Shown: piece after piece, positions 9,596 to 18,916 of the stretch
Position numbering within the stretch: position 1 is the stretch's first letter
Layout: the number at the start of each line of letters is the position of its first letter
DNA from: a virus
IMG/VR virus record: IMGVR_UViG_3300023109_000014
Coordinates: 18,462 to 82,461 of that record
Length of the DNA: 64,000 nt
Strand: one strand, 5' to 3'
Position numbers and translations under genes: made by a program
The notes under the pieces: generated by a model
What the model saw: the letters and a program-made list of their open reading frames with translations, nothing else
The model's database searches: none
Told to the model about the DNA's origin: nothing

Positions 9596-10735
9596 ATGGA
9601 AATTACACTTAAACATACTGACGAACAGGTAGAACTTGTAAAAGCTATGGCCTCAAACGATAGAGATATCGCTTATGAAGCTCAAGCAGCTTTAGCAAAA
9701 TTTATCGCTCCCGTCCTCGCAGAAGTTGTTAATCAAGCTCCTACGCTTGCTAATAAATTTCAAAGCTTTTCTTTTAATTCTGAAGATAACCCCAGTTTTC
9801 CTCTTGACTTGTACTATGATGTAACTGACGAAGATTACATTCATACTTGGAGTCAAACTCTTGCTGGTGGACTACCAACCAATCAGGTTCAGCCCACTCA
9901 TAGCGAAATGAAGTTTACCACTTATCGTCTTGATAGTGCTATTAGCTTCGAAAAACGTTATGCAGCTAAATCTCGCATGGATGTTATCGGAAAGAGCATG
10001 ACTCGCATTGCCCAAGAAATCATGATCAAGCAGGAAACTACTTCTGCTAATTTGATTCTTGGAGCTCTTGCAGAAGCTAAAACCGATAGCATATCTCATA
10101 TCCACGAATCTACTCATGGCAAGCTCATGTTGGAAGATTTTAATAAGCTTATCACTCTCTCCAAGAGAATTCATAAGTCCTGGTATGGCGGAACTCCTGA
10201 CAGCAGTGCTCGTCGTGGAGTAACTGACTTGTTGGTATCCCCTGAAGTTATCGAAAACCTTCGCTCGCTCGCTTACAACCCTGTTAACACCTCTGCTGGC
10301 GTTAAGGTTGATGGTACTGGTACTGGAGTAGCTGATTCTTCAATCGCTGCTACTGACTCTATGCGTGAAGGTCTCTGGCGTAACTCTGGCATTCCTGAAT
10401 TTTTTGGAATTCGACTTCAAGAGTTCTCTGAGCTTGGTAGAGGTGAGCGTTTCAATAATGTTTTCGCAAGCATGATTACTGCTGCTGGCAACAATAAGTC
10501 TGTATCTTCTTTCACTAGTGCTAGTGGAGCAGGAGATGAGATTGTTATTGGTCTTGACGCGTCTGTAAGTTCTCTTTGGAGAGCTGTTGCAACAGATTCA
10601 GAAACTGGTTCTGAATTCTCGTTGGCCGTGGACGATCAATACAGCGTTCGCCAAGGAAAGATTGGTTACTATGGAAGCCTTGAAGAAGGTCGAGTTATTC
10701 TTGACAATCGGGCTTTATATGGTATAAAGATCTAA
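9596..10735 (+). CDS. Major capsid protein (HK97 fold)
   Basis: 379 aa; canonical position after protease and decoration genes; biased codon usage; followed by a strong terminator. Confidence 0.85.
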   Translation: MEITLKHTDEQVELVKAMASNDRDIAYEAQAALAKFIAPVLAEVVNQAPTLANKFQSFSFNSEDNPSFPLDLYYDVTDEDYIHTWSQTLAGGLPTNQVQPTHSEMKFTTYRLDSAISFEKRYAAKSRMDVIGKSMTRIAQEIMIKQETTSANLILGALAEAKTDSISHIHESTHGKLMLEDFNKLITLSKRIHKSWYGGTPDSSARRGVTDLLVSPEVIENLRSLAYNPVNTSAGVKVDGTGTGVADSSIAATDSMREGLWRNSGIPEFFGIRLQEFSELGRGERFNNVFASMITAAGNNKSVSSFTSASGAGDEIVIGLDASVSSLWRAVATDSETGSEFSLAVDDQYSVRQGKIGYYGSLEEGRVILDNRALYGIKI

Positions 10736-10759
10736 GTTTCTTTGTTCCCCCCACTCCTC

Positions 10760-10799
10760 AAAAGGGTCTGTGCCAAGTGCGCAGGCCCTTTTGTTTTTT
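10760..10799 (+). terminator. Intrinsic terminator after the MCP gene
   Basis: AAAAGGGTCTGTGC-CAAGT-GCGCAGGCCCTTTT stem followed by a T-tract. Confidence 0.85.
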
Positions 10800-10852
10800 C
10801 ACAAGAAATGGACTTTTGTGTATGATATATATATAATATATAAAGGATAACT

Positions 10853-11251
10853 ATGGCAAAATCAAAAAATACAAATAAAAAAATCACCGATCAAGTTCAT
10901 GGAAAAGACGAAAGTCCTAGAGACGAGGTCCAGGCAAGAATTAAATTACAAAAAGATTTAAATGAAATAATGGGAATAAAGAAGAGCAATCCTTACAAGG
11001 TAAACTCTGAGAAAGAGTTGAGCGAAGCTTTATCTTCAATGAATTTATCTGACATGCGGGAGATGGCTGTTTCTGCAGGTATTTTTCCTAGTGGAAATCG
11101 AACTGTTTTAAAGAAAAAGTTAGAAAAAGGATTTTCTGAATATTCCCGAGGAGGTTCTCAAGATGTCAAGACAATACCTATGAATAATTCTGCTCGAGCT
11201 CCTGACTCGAAACTTCAAAAAGAAATTGATGAAATTTGGTCAAGAAAGTAA
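10853..11251 (+). CDS. Hypothetical protein with a Rho-N/SAP-like helix-extension-helix
   Basis: LSSMNLSDMREMAVSAGIFPSGNRTVLKKKL; GTGTA at 10818 and AAGGA upstream. Confidence 0.5.
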   Translation: MAKSKNTNKKITDQVHGKDESPRDEVQARIKLQKDLNEIMGIKKSNPYKVNSEKELSEALSSMNLSDMREMAVSAGIFPSGNRTVLKKKLEKGFSEYSRGGSQDVKTIPMNNSARAPDSKLQKEIDEIWSRK

Positions 11252-11263
11252 TGCTTAAAAATA

Positions 11264-11845
11264 ATGTACAAATTAGATGCTACCTATAATGTCGGCGATT
11301 TGGCTGATGAAATTTTTGAAAATGAATTTGATGGTGATTTAACACTTTCCAATACAACAAGGATTTCTGGCTGGCTGTCTGCAAATATAGGCAAGCTAAA
11401 CAATAGGATTTACACAGAATTCGTTGATGTTAGCGGGCATTTTGCTGCACCCGAAGAACTTGGATATTCTTTCGGTTATGAAGAAGCATCTATTTTTACT
11501 CAGATGTACATGGCAAATTATTACCAAAAATCTTCAAGAAAAACTTTAATGGGTCAAACCATTGAAATTCCGACTGGGGTTAGCGGAGGAACAAGTACAG
11601 GTGGAAGTAGCCAGGTTTATTTGGGAATGAGTGAGTGGACCAAAATACAAGAGGGAGATACAACTATTGAGCGGCAGCCATTATACACGACCTCTTCGGG
11701 AGCCACAGTTACTTCTGCTTCTTCTACCGTAGATATTGACGCTCTAGCTAAAGAATATCGAGGGTTAATGAATGATGCAAAAAGCCATATGGAGCAGTTA
11801 ATTATTGCTTACAATCTTCACGGCGCTAAGCCAAGGCAGACATAA
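11264..11845 (+). CDS. Putative head-tail adaptor
   Basis: Position after the MCP, size, and WTKIQEGDTTIER beta-hairpin pattern. Confidence 0.5.
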   Translation: MYKLDATYNVGDLADEIFENEFDGDLTLSNTTRISGWLSANIGKLNNRIYTEFVDVSGHFAAPEELGYSFGYEEASIFTQMYMANYYQKSSRKTLMGQTIEIPTGVSGGTSTGGSSQVYLGMSEWTKIQEGDTTIERQPLYTTSSGATVTSASSTVDIDALAKEYRGLMNDAKSHMEQLIIAYNLHGAKPRQT

Positions 11846-12297
11846 TGGCAAAAAACCTTATTGATTCAGAAATGAGGTCTCAAATAGAAGAGGCTCTTGA
11901 CGACGTGCATGAAACATTCGCAAAGGAAATTAAAATCTTTCAAAGGAAAACAGAAACATTTGTAGCAACATCTACAAGCACATATAATGCCCTGTACAAC
12001 CGTTTGAAAAACGAGCAAAAAACTTTAGGGAAGGTTACAGAAACTTCTGCTCAAGCTAGAGTTGAGTATATTAACACTACGGAAGATTCTCGGTTATCTG
12101 GAACAAGCGCTCAAACAAATTTAATTTTGCCTGACGGATCTGTTAGACTAAAAATAGATTCGGACGGATATCAAAAAATCAAAAGAGCTTCTAAAGTTGA
12201 AATTGATGAAAAGCTGTACGAGTTAGTTAGCGATTCTGGATTTACTGGACCATTCGAGACAAAGTATCACGTATTGTACCTAAAAAGGAAAGATTAA
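11845..12297 (+). CDS. Putative head-closure (stopper) protein
   Basis: 150 aa, beta-rich, translationally coupled within the neck cluster. Confidence 0.45.
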   Translation: MAKNLIDSEMRSQIEEALDDVHETFAKEIKIFQRKTETFVATSTSTYNALYNRLKNEQKTLGKVTETSAQARVEYINTTEDSRLSGTSAQTNLILPDGSVRLKIDSDGYQKIKRASKVEIDEKLYELVSDSGFTGPFETKYHVLYLKRKD

Positions 12298-12299
12298 TT

Positions 12300-12884
12300 G
12301 TGGCCTGGATTAACATGAAAGGTTTGCAGAGAGAGATATCTAAACAATACTCAATGGGATTCAGAAAAAGGGTTGAGAGAAAAATAAGACAAGATGTTAA
12401 AAAAGCTCAATTAAGAATGATTCTGGCATTTGAATCTCATGAAGTTACCCGAGATCTAGATAAAGGCGCTTCTGGTTCATCTTTTCCTGGGGGAGGAAGT
12501 TTATTTTCCTTTATAGGTTTTAATTCTGGGGATCAACCAACAAACGCATTGAGGCTTTTATTAACTAAAAATATTAAAGTTAAATTTATTAAGTCTGCAA
12601 AGAGCGAAATCGAAGCGACTTTCCAAATTGACTTACCCTCTCGAGAACAAATCGAAATGCTTACTCCAATGCCTTGGGCTTCAGGCAGAAGTTGGGCTAG
12701 GGAAGTTGAGTTTGGTATTCCTGGGCTTGGGCAATATTTAGTAAAAGATTCTCAAGCTAGTCGTTCTGGAAAAGCTATACAGGTAAAAAGTGTAATACGT
12801 ACCGCTCAGTTCGGAGCAAAACCATATATGACAAAAATCCTTTCAACTTTTATTTTGGACTTAACCAAAACATTATCCAAATGA
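12300..12884 (+). CDS. Putative neck/tail-completion protein
   Basis: Basic 194-aa protein with WAREVEFG and AKPYM motifs reminiscent of HK97 gp10-like proteins; position. Confidence 0.45.
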   Translation: MAWINMKGLQREISKQYSMGFRKRVERKIRQDVKKAQLRMILAFESHEVTRDLDKGASGSSFPGGGSLFSFIGFNSGDQPTNALRLLLTKNIKVKFIKSAKSEIEATFQIDLPSREQIEMLTPMPWASGRSWAREVEFGIPGLGQYLVKDSQASRSGKAIQVKSVIRTAQFGAKPYMTKILSTFILDLTKTLSK

Positions 12885-13792
12885 AAGAACAATTTGATCA
12901 TTTATTACAATCTAGTTTTTACTTATGGTTTGACGACCGACTAACTAGGGCTGGCCAGGCTTATACTCAGCCAGTTAATGGGCAGTCGTTTGACGTTGTT
13001 GTGAGGGGAGAAAATGGAGGTGGATTAGATTTACCCACAAATTATGATGCATATTACTGCGCTGATAGACAGCTTGTTGCAAACGGCTCCTCTGAGCCTA
13101 GTGGAATTTATATTAATGGATCGTTTGTAGAACAAGGAGACTTAACGCATAATTTAATCATCGATCACAACGAGGGCAGAATACTAACCAAAGCTGCGTC
13201 GCAAGGCGGTCAAGATTTATCAAGCTCAACAATTAGTGGGTATTTTAAAAAGAAAGAAATTAATGTTTATATTACAAACGAAACAGAAGAACAATTACTT
13301 CTTCAAAATGATTTTATATTAAGTGATATTGCTGGAGAACCAACATATCTTCAGCAACAATCAGACCTTGGCGATAAGAAATATTCTTTGCCAGCCGCTT
13401 TTATCAGTTTAAATTCTTCGTCTAATGAACCATGGGCAATGGGAGGTGTTGATGATACAAGAACAGTTATTAGAGTGGTTGTTATTGCTGATAGTAATTA
13501 TAGCCTTGACGCAACCTTGTCTTTGTTTAGGGACGCGCAAAAAACAAAATTTGACCTCGTTGAGTTTGAAGACTTTCCATTTGGAGAGTTTTTTAGAGTA
13601 AAAGAATTTCCTTATAGTTATCCAGATTTCATAAAAAATAAAAGCCAAAATAGATTTCCAGCGTTTATCGAGAGGGTTTTGGTCTCAAAATTATTTGATC
13701 GTTCAGGAACTCAGATTCCGCAAGGGTTAAGGATTGGATTTATGGACTTTGAGATATCCTCTATTCGAAAACCTAGAAGTGATAGTTATTAA
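12881..13792 (+). CDS. Putative tail terminator protein
   Basis: Directly before the tail tube; LPAAFISLNSSSNEPWAMGG motif. Confidence 0.5.
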   Translation: MKEQFDHLLQSSFYLWFDDRLTRAGQAYTQPVNGQSFDVVVRGENGGGLDLPTNYDAYYCADRQLVANGSSEPSGIYINGSFVEQGDLTHNLIIDHNEGRILTKAASQGGQDLSSSTISGYFKKKEINVYITNETEEQLLLQNDFILSDIAGEPTYLQQQSDLGDKKYSLPAAFISLNSSSNEPWAMGGVDDTRTVIRVVVIADSNYSLDATLSLFRDAQKTKFDLVEFEDFPFGEFFRVKEFPYSYPDFIKNKSQNRFPAFIERVLVSKLFDRSGTQIPQGLRIGFMDFEISSIRKPRSDSY

Positions 13793-13803
13793 TTTTTTTT
13801 AAA

Positions 13804-13837
13804 AAAAAAGTTCTCATTTTAGTTTTGCCTATGTAAT
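13804..13837 (+). promoter_or_regulatory. Bipartite putative late promoter AAAAAAGTTCTCAT-N13-ATGTAAT upstream of the tail tube gene
   Basis: Intergenic; matches 8183-8216 in both boxes and spacing. Confidence 0.7.
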
Positions 13838-13877
13838 ATAGGGTAACCCCTAATCTTACAATCAAAATTTAATAATT

Positions 13878-15149
13878 ATGGCTAGAAACAGAGTAATATA
13901 TCAATCAGAAGCTTTATTCGTAAAAGAGAAAGATCAACATCATCAGTTGTCTTCCGCTGACCAGCTTCTTCGTGTACAAGACATCTCTCATGGTGTTGAA
14001 ATTAATCGTACAGACATCAATGAATTTGGTCAATTGACCGCAATCGAAAGAAAAGTTGTTGAGCCTCCTGTAGTGAACCTTGACTTTAGTTACTATGCTC
14101 ATGGTGGACACAACGAGAAAAATGTCGGTTTTCAATTTACTACCGATCGTGCTGTTGACTCCGCAGATGGCTTAAAGCAAGCACTGTCTGGTTTTATGAC
14201 CGCCGCTTCTGACGACAAAAACTATTACATTAGTGTTGCTTCTTATGGAGACGACAATAATGAGTTGGTAGATGGAGCTCAAGAAGGTGTTATTGGTATC
14301 GGAAATGGTTCTGTTACTAGTTACAGTCTTGAAGCTGCAGTTGGAGATATCGCTACATGTTCCGTAAGTGTTGAAGCAAGTAATATCCTTTTCCAGTCTT
14401 CTGGAACAAACATTGCTAATCCTGCCCTTAATGCTGGAACTGGTGCAACGCTTTATCCTCAAGACGCAGGTGGCGCAGGAAATCTTACGGCTTTCCCTGC
14501 TGGTGCACTTGCTGGATCAAAAGCTGACGACTATGACGTTGCTTGTGTACGTCCTGGTGATATCATCATCAACTTCAATGACGCTGGTAATGCTGGAGCA
14601 AAAGACTCAAGTACTCTTACTGGAAACGCTGCCGCAATGGGTGGTGCATTCATGGAGAGTGATAGTTCCTGCCACATTCAAAGCTTTACTTTGGACGTGC
14701 CAATGTCTCGTACCGCTCTTAATCGTATTGGAAGTGTATTTCCTTATGGTCGTGAGCTTGACACCCCAATGACTCTTACCTTGAGTGTAAGTGCATTGAT
14801 GTCTGATATGGCTGACGGCGCACTTGCCGACTTGCTTTGTTCTGACGCAGAACAGCGTAACGTTCGTATCACACTTCGTGAGCCATGTTCCGCTGATGCA
14901 GCCGATGGTGAAAATGCAGCAAACTCTGAAATTGTTCAAGAATATCTTATCAAGGGATTATCCTTGGATAGTCAAAACTTCTCCGCTTCAATTGGAGATA
15001 ACAAGACTGTCGACTTGGTATTCAGCACACAACAAGGTGGCGCTAATGGTACTGGAAATGGTCTTTACATGTGGAAGACTAGCACCCTAGACTATGCAAT
15101 CGGAGATAATCCGAAGGTTTATGGTCAGGATAAATCAAACCCTAACTGA
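13878..15149 (+). CDS. Major tail tube protein
   Basis: 423 aa with its own promoter-like motif and terminator; biased codon usage; lies before the chaperones and TMP. Confidence 0.75.
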   Translation: MARNRVIYQSEALFVKEKDQHHQLSSADQLLRVQDISHGVEINRTDINEFGQLTAIERKVVEPPVVNLDFSYYAHGGHNEKNVGFQFTTDRAVDSADGLKQALSGFMTAASDDKNYYISVASYGDDNNELVDGAQEGVIGIGNGSVTSYSLEAAVGDIATCSVSVEASNILFQSSGTNIANPALNAGTGATLYPQDAGGAGNLTAFPAGALAGSKADDYDVACVRPGDIIINFNDAGNAGAKDSSTLTGNAAAMGGAFMESDSSCHIQSFTLDVPMSRTALNRIGSVFPYGRELDTPMTLTLSVSALMSDMADGALADLLCSDAEQRNVRITLREPCSADAADGENAANSEIVQEYLIKGLSLDSQNFSASIGDNKTVDLVFSTQQGGANGTGNGLYMWKTSTLDYAIGDNPKVYGQDKSNPN

Positions 15150-15171
15150 TAAGTTAGATAAATCTTAAAAT

Positions 15172-15204
15172 AAAAAACCTCCGTCAATTGGCGGGGGTTT
15201 TTTT
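15172..15204 (+). terminator. Intrinsic terminator after the tail tube gene
   Basis: AAAAAACCTCCGTC-AATT-GGCGGGGGTTTTTTT. Confidence 0.85.
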
Positions 15205-15218
15205 GTGTATATATTACA

Positions 15219-16070
15219 ATGAGAGGGCATAAACACGATACTCAAAATTTATATATCAATCGAGAAAGAATACGAGGGGTTCAATCATGTGCAGTAGGAT
15301 GGTCCGCCGAAGAAACATATGTTAATGCCATCGGAAGAGATGCGGGTTTTTTAGGAGGTGTAGTTGAACAACCCTTAACATCTACGTGTGATATCGAAAG
15401 ATTCATGGTTTCTCCAACAGATCCTATTATTGATTTATTTAATAGCGTGGAAATTTATGGAGAAACAAAATATACAAATGGACAAAATTATATTTTTTCA
15501 AGAGCTCAAATAACAAATTATTCATGCGAATGCGCTGTTGGATCTATACCTACGCTAAATTTCTCCTTGTTGTGTTATGGAAATTCTGGAGGAGATACAG
15601 ATATATTTCTTAATCAATCCCCAGAACGTGATCCTACCATTATGATCGCTAGCCCAGGAAGCGTGTCTTTAAATGTTAAAGGTCATTCCTCTAATAGAAT
15701 TCAATCTTTTAATTTTCAAATTAATGTTGACAGAGATCCAATTTTTAAATTAGGCTCACTAGAGCCTTTAGATTTTCGGGTAGAATTTCCGATACAAGTG
15801 GATTGTCAGTTTGTTCTACATGTAGATGATTATGAATCTAAAAATTTATTTGATTTTATTTGTTCCCCCGAGATTCAAGATTTAACACTTGGTTTTAAAG
15901 ATTGTGAGTCAGGAGAAAATATTAGAAGTTTTTTCATGAAAGATGCTAAATTAATGGATTACAATCAGTCTGGTTCGATTCATGAATTTTTAGAGGCCAC
16001 ATTCTCTTATAAGTCATACATTACAAACATTCAAGACTTAAGAAAAATATTAAATGGTCTTTCTTATTGA
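15219..16070 (+). CDS. Tail-tube paralog (minor tail protein)
   Basis: IQSFNFQINVDRDPIFKLGSLEP aligns with tube IQSFTLDVPMSRTALNRIGSVFP; YSCECAVGSIPT aligns with YSLEAAVGDIAT; GTGTA-N9-ATG at 15205. Confidence 0.65.
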   Translation: MRGHKHDTQNLYINRERIRGVQSCAVGWSAEETYVNAIGRDAGFLGGVVEQPLTSTCDIERFMVSPTDPIIDLFNSVEIYGETKYTNGQNYIFSRAQITNYSCECAVGSIPTLNFSLLCYGNSGGDTDIFLNQSPERDPTIMIASPGSVSLNVKGHSSNRIQSFNFQINVDRDPIFKLGSLEPLDFRVEFPIQVDCQFVLHVDDYESKNLFDFICSPEIQDLTLGFKDCESGENIRSFFMKDAKLMDYNQSGSIHEFLEATFSYKSYITNIQDLRKILNGLSY

Positions 16071-16090
16071 TTTTTAGTGTATTAATAGTT

Positions 16091-16864
16091 ATGGCGATAT
16101 TTTATTCAGATGTGTTAGTTAAGATTGGTGAGCATGAATTTTTTGCTTCGAGCGCAAGCATGAATGCTCAGAAAGGGTACGAAGGAATTCGTAGTGTAGG
16201 TTATAAAGGTACGGTTGGCGTTGTTCCATCTGGCCCATCAGGAGGAGATGCTAATTTTGAAATGGTTGGTTCTGCTCTAGATCCTGAATATTTTGAAATG
16301 CTTAATCCAGAAGTGAATGGAGAAAACATACAGGTCGGAGGAAGTGCTGGCCAGGACGGTTTACTAACAGATCTATCTGTAGATGTTGAACCCAATCAAG
16401 TTGTTACTTCATCCGCTAGTTTTCAATTTTTTGCACCACCTTCTCTAGATCCAAATACCACCCCGAGGGGCGGAGGCATTGAGGTTGCAAATAAAGCGGT
16501 AGTCGGTGGAGATTTGCTTCACGGCGCAGGAGATGGAACTACTGTTGGTTTAGATTCTTTTCGAGCGTCATATAGTTTATCTCAAGGATTCGACTCGATC
16601 TATGGATTGGGAGGTTTTTGTCCAATTTTTAAATATCGTACAGACGGAACAGAAGAGTTAACTATGGAGGGAGATAATTTGAGTGGAGCTATTGGAGATT
16701 GCGGTTATAAATGCCCAGAAATGCAATCTCTTGTTCTAAATCTTGGAGGTCTTTGTGGAGGACAGTGGAAGCGTCAGGTCGATGGATTTATAACTTCTCA
16801 AGGAGTTACAGTGAGTGAAGGTGGCGTTTTAACTGGAACAATGACTGTAACTGATTTTAGTTAA
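16091..16864 (+). CDS. Second, more distant tail-tube-like protein (start revised to ATG 16091)
   Basis: GTGTA at 16077-16081 lies 9 nt before ATG 16091; beta-rich; SYSLSQGFDSIYGLG resembles the paralog motif. Confidence 0.55.
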   Translation: MAIFYSDVLVKIGEHEFFASSASMNAQKGYEGIRSVGYKGTVGVVPSGPSGGDANFEMVGSALDPEYFEMLNPEVNGENIQVGGSAGQDGLLTDLSVDVEPNQVVTSSASFQFFAPPSLDPNTTPRGGGIEVANKAVVGGDLLHGAGDGTTVGLDSFRASYSLSQGFDSIYGLGGFCPIFKYRTDGTEELTMEGDNLSGAIGDCGYKCPEMQSLVLNLGGLCGGQWKRQVDGFITSQGVTVSEGGVLTGTMTVTDFS

Positions 16865-16921
16865 AAATAAATTTAAATTTTTAAATAACTAGATATAATA
16901 GTCTAGTTAAAACTATTTATT

Positions 16922-17791
16922 ATGGCCGTTACTGCAATTAACAAAGAATTATATTCCTTCTCCGTGTCTCTTGAGGTAAACTCTCAAAAAGAAGTTGAAG
17001 TCGAGAAAGAGGTTGAAATTGAAAAAGAAGTTGAAGTCGAAAGAAAAAGAAAAAACAAAGAAACTAAAAAAATGGAAACGGTTCTTGTTACAGAAACAAG
17101 AAAAGTTAAAGAGAAAAAAATCGTCAAAGAAATGCGAGATGTTGTTGAAGAGCAGCCCGTCAGAATTATTTTAAGGAAACCTACTCGTACTCAATTAGAG
17201 GATGGAGATATGTTTTATAGTATTTGGCTAAACAAGTACATTAAGATGGGTTTGCTTACTAGAGCAATGCTAGCCAAGCAACATTTAGATGTTGGTGGGT
17301 CCTTGACGGAAGAAGAAAAACAAAGATATTCTCAGCTTTACGTAAGACTTTACGAAAAGCAACAAGCTGTTCAAAGGTTTAGCTTAAAAACAGAAGAAGA
17401 AAGAACTAACGACGAATCAGAAAGATTAAAGGTCGCTGTAGAAGAATTAGGGATCATCAGGAAAGAATTGACCGATTTTGAAGCTGTGCAGGCCAGTATG
17501 TTTGATCATACCGCAGATATTAAAGCAAGAAATAAAACTATTACTTGGTACCTATTAAGTCTTGCAAATGTTTCTTATGGAGATCAAGATAATTCAGAAG
17601 TTATTCCTTTGTTTCCTGGAGAAACTTACGATGATAAGTATCAATCTTACCTAGAGCTTGACGAACAAAACGATGAAGTTTATTTGAGATCAATTGATAA
17701 AATTAGTTCTCTCGTCACAATTTGGTACATGAGTGGAGTCTCCAATCAAGAAGATTTTGATAGACTGTTAGAAGAGATTGACTCCGAATAA
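16922..17791 (+). CDS. Putative tail assembly chaperone
   Basis: Helical charged protein between tube genes and TMP; N-terminal VEVEKE low-complexity tract. Confidence 0.5.
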   Translation: MAVTAINKELYSFSVSLEVNSQKEVEVEKEVEIEKEVEVERKRKNKETKKMETVLVTETRKVKEKKIVKEMRDVVEEQPVRIILRKPTRTQLEDGDMFYSIWLNKYIKMGLLTRAMLAKQHLDVGGSLTEEEKQRYSQLYVRLYEKQQAVQRFSLKTEEERTNDESERLKVAVEELGIIRKELTDFEAVQASMFDHTADIKARNKTITWYLLSLANVSYGDQDNSEVIPLFPGETYDDKYQSYLELDEQNDEVYLRSIDKISSLVTIWYMSGVSNQEDFDRLLEEIDSE

Positions 17792-17804
17792 CATGCCATG
17801 AAGC

Positions 17805-18881
17805 ATGGTCGAGAAACCTTCTAAAGAAAAAGAGCTTAGTCCAGACAAAATTGAAGAGCTGAATGAAATTCGGCTCCGAAAAGTACTTAGTGCCCTAATT
17901 CAAGGATCTTCTTTGATTAAAATATCTCCCAGTAAAGATAGCGTTATGCATGACATTAGCAGGACAGAGATAAAGTGTTACGCTAAGCATTTCTCGCTTG
18001 CCGATCAAATTCATCTAGATCAGAAATATGAAGAGTTTTTTTCCAAAGCTCAGGCAGGAGAAATTCCTACTAAGCAAGAAGCCTTGCAAAGAATGTACGA
18101 TAATGGGCTATGGACAGAGGAAAATGAAAAATGGGTCGCCGCTCAAAAAGAATTTATTAAAAATCTAGAACAAACAAAGTTAAAATTGACTATGTCTGCG
18201 CAGATTGCTAGCGTCCAAAAAAGCATTGATGGGGTTGAAGGTAAACTTAAAAAGCAGCAAGAAAAACGAGCAAAGCATATAGGAACTACTTGCGAGAGTT
18301 ACGCAAACGTACAAATGAATTCTTATACAATGATTTATTGTTTGTTTTCAGATGCAGAATGTAGCGAGCCCTTATTCTCTAAAGAAGATCAGGATTATTT
18401 ATCTCACGAAGATATTGGTTTGATAGTCATGTCTTACAATCAAGGCATGAAAAATCTTGATATTAGCGCAGTTAAAGAGTTATCTGTTAGCCCTTTTTTT
18501 ACTTCTTATTTTTCTTTAATTGAGGAGTCTCCCGCAGATTTTTTCGGAAGGCCTGTGCATCAGTTGAGTTTTTACCAGTTAAATTTATTAAGCTACGCAA
18601 GAGTTTTGAGATCAATAATTAAAAATACAGCTCCTCCAAAACAATATCACAGAGACCCAGACAAACTATTTGAGTGGGCAGAAAAAGGAGATAAGGCTAG
18701 AAAGCTAATGGAAAAAGCTGGTAACGAAGACAAGGCCTTTTCAATGGTTGGCGCAAAAAAAGAAGATTATGAACAAGCGGGTGTCGAAAGGCAAGGTAAA
18801 GATATTTTTGATTTAGCTAAAAGCAAAAAAGGTAAAAAGTCAGGAACTTTATCAATTATGGATTTCTTGGATGAATCTTAG
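17805..18881 (+). CDS. Putative second tail assembly chaperone
   Basis: Directly upstream of the TMP; coiled coil; FFGRPVHQLSFYQLNLL motif. Confidence 0.5.
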   Translation: MVEKPSKEKELSPDKIEELNEIRLRKVLSALIQGSSLIKISPSKDSVMHDISRTEIKCYAKHFSLADQIHLDQKYEEFFSKAQAGEIPTKQEALQRMYDNGLWTEENEKWVAAQKEFIKNLEQTKLKLTMSAQIASVQKSIDGVEGKLKKQQEKRAKHIGTTCESYANVQMNSYTMIYCLFSDAECSEPLFSKEDQDYLSHEDIGLIVMSYNQGMKNLDISAVKELSVSPFFTSYFSLIEESPADFFGRPVHQLSFYQLNLLSYARVLRSIIKNTAPPKQYHRDPDKLFEWAEKGDKARKLMEKAGNEDKAFSMVGAKKEDYEQAGVERQGKDIFDLAKSKKGKKSGTLSIMDFLDES

Positions 18882-18916
18882 ATAAATAGATTAGTTTAGT
18901 GTAAATACTATTTGAA

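Noticed and set aside
16067-16090. Track start at 16067 (TTG)
   Set aside because: ATG 16091 fits the GTGTA-N9-ATG pattern and avoids overlap with the upstream gene.
3641-16395. Short overlapping ORFs within structural genes (e.g. 5126..5374, 5988..6296, 14368..14772)
   Set aside because: Fully overlap well-supported genes and have no independent evidence.
16922-18881. Programmed -1 frameshift joining the tail chaperones (lambda G/GT style)
   Set aside because: No convincing slippery heptamer near the end of the first ORF; the second has its own ATG after a 13-nt gap.
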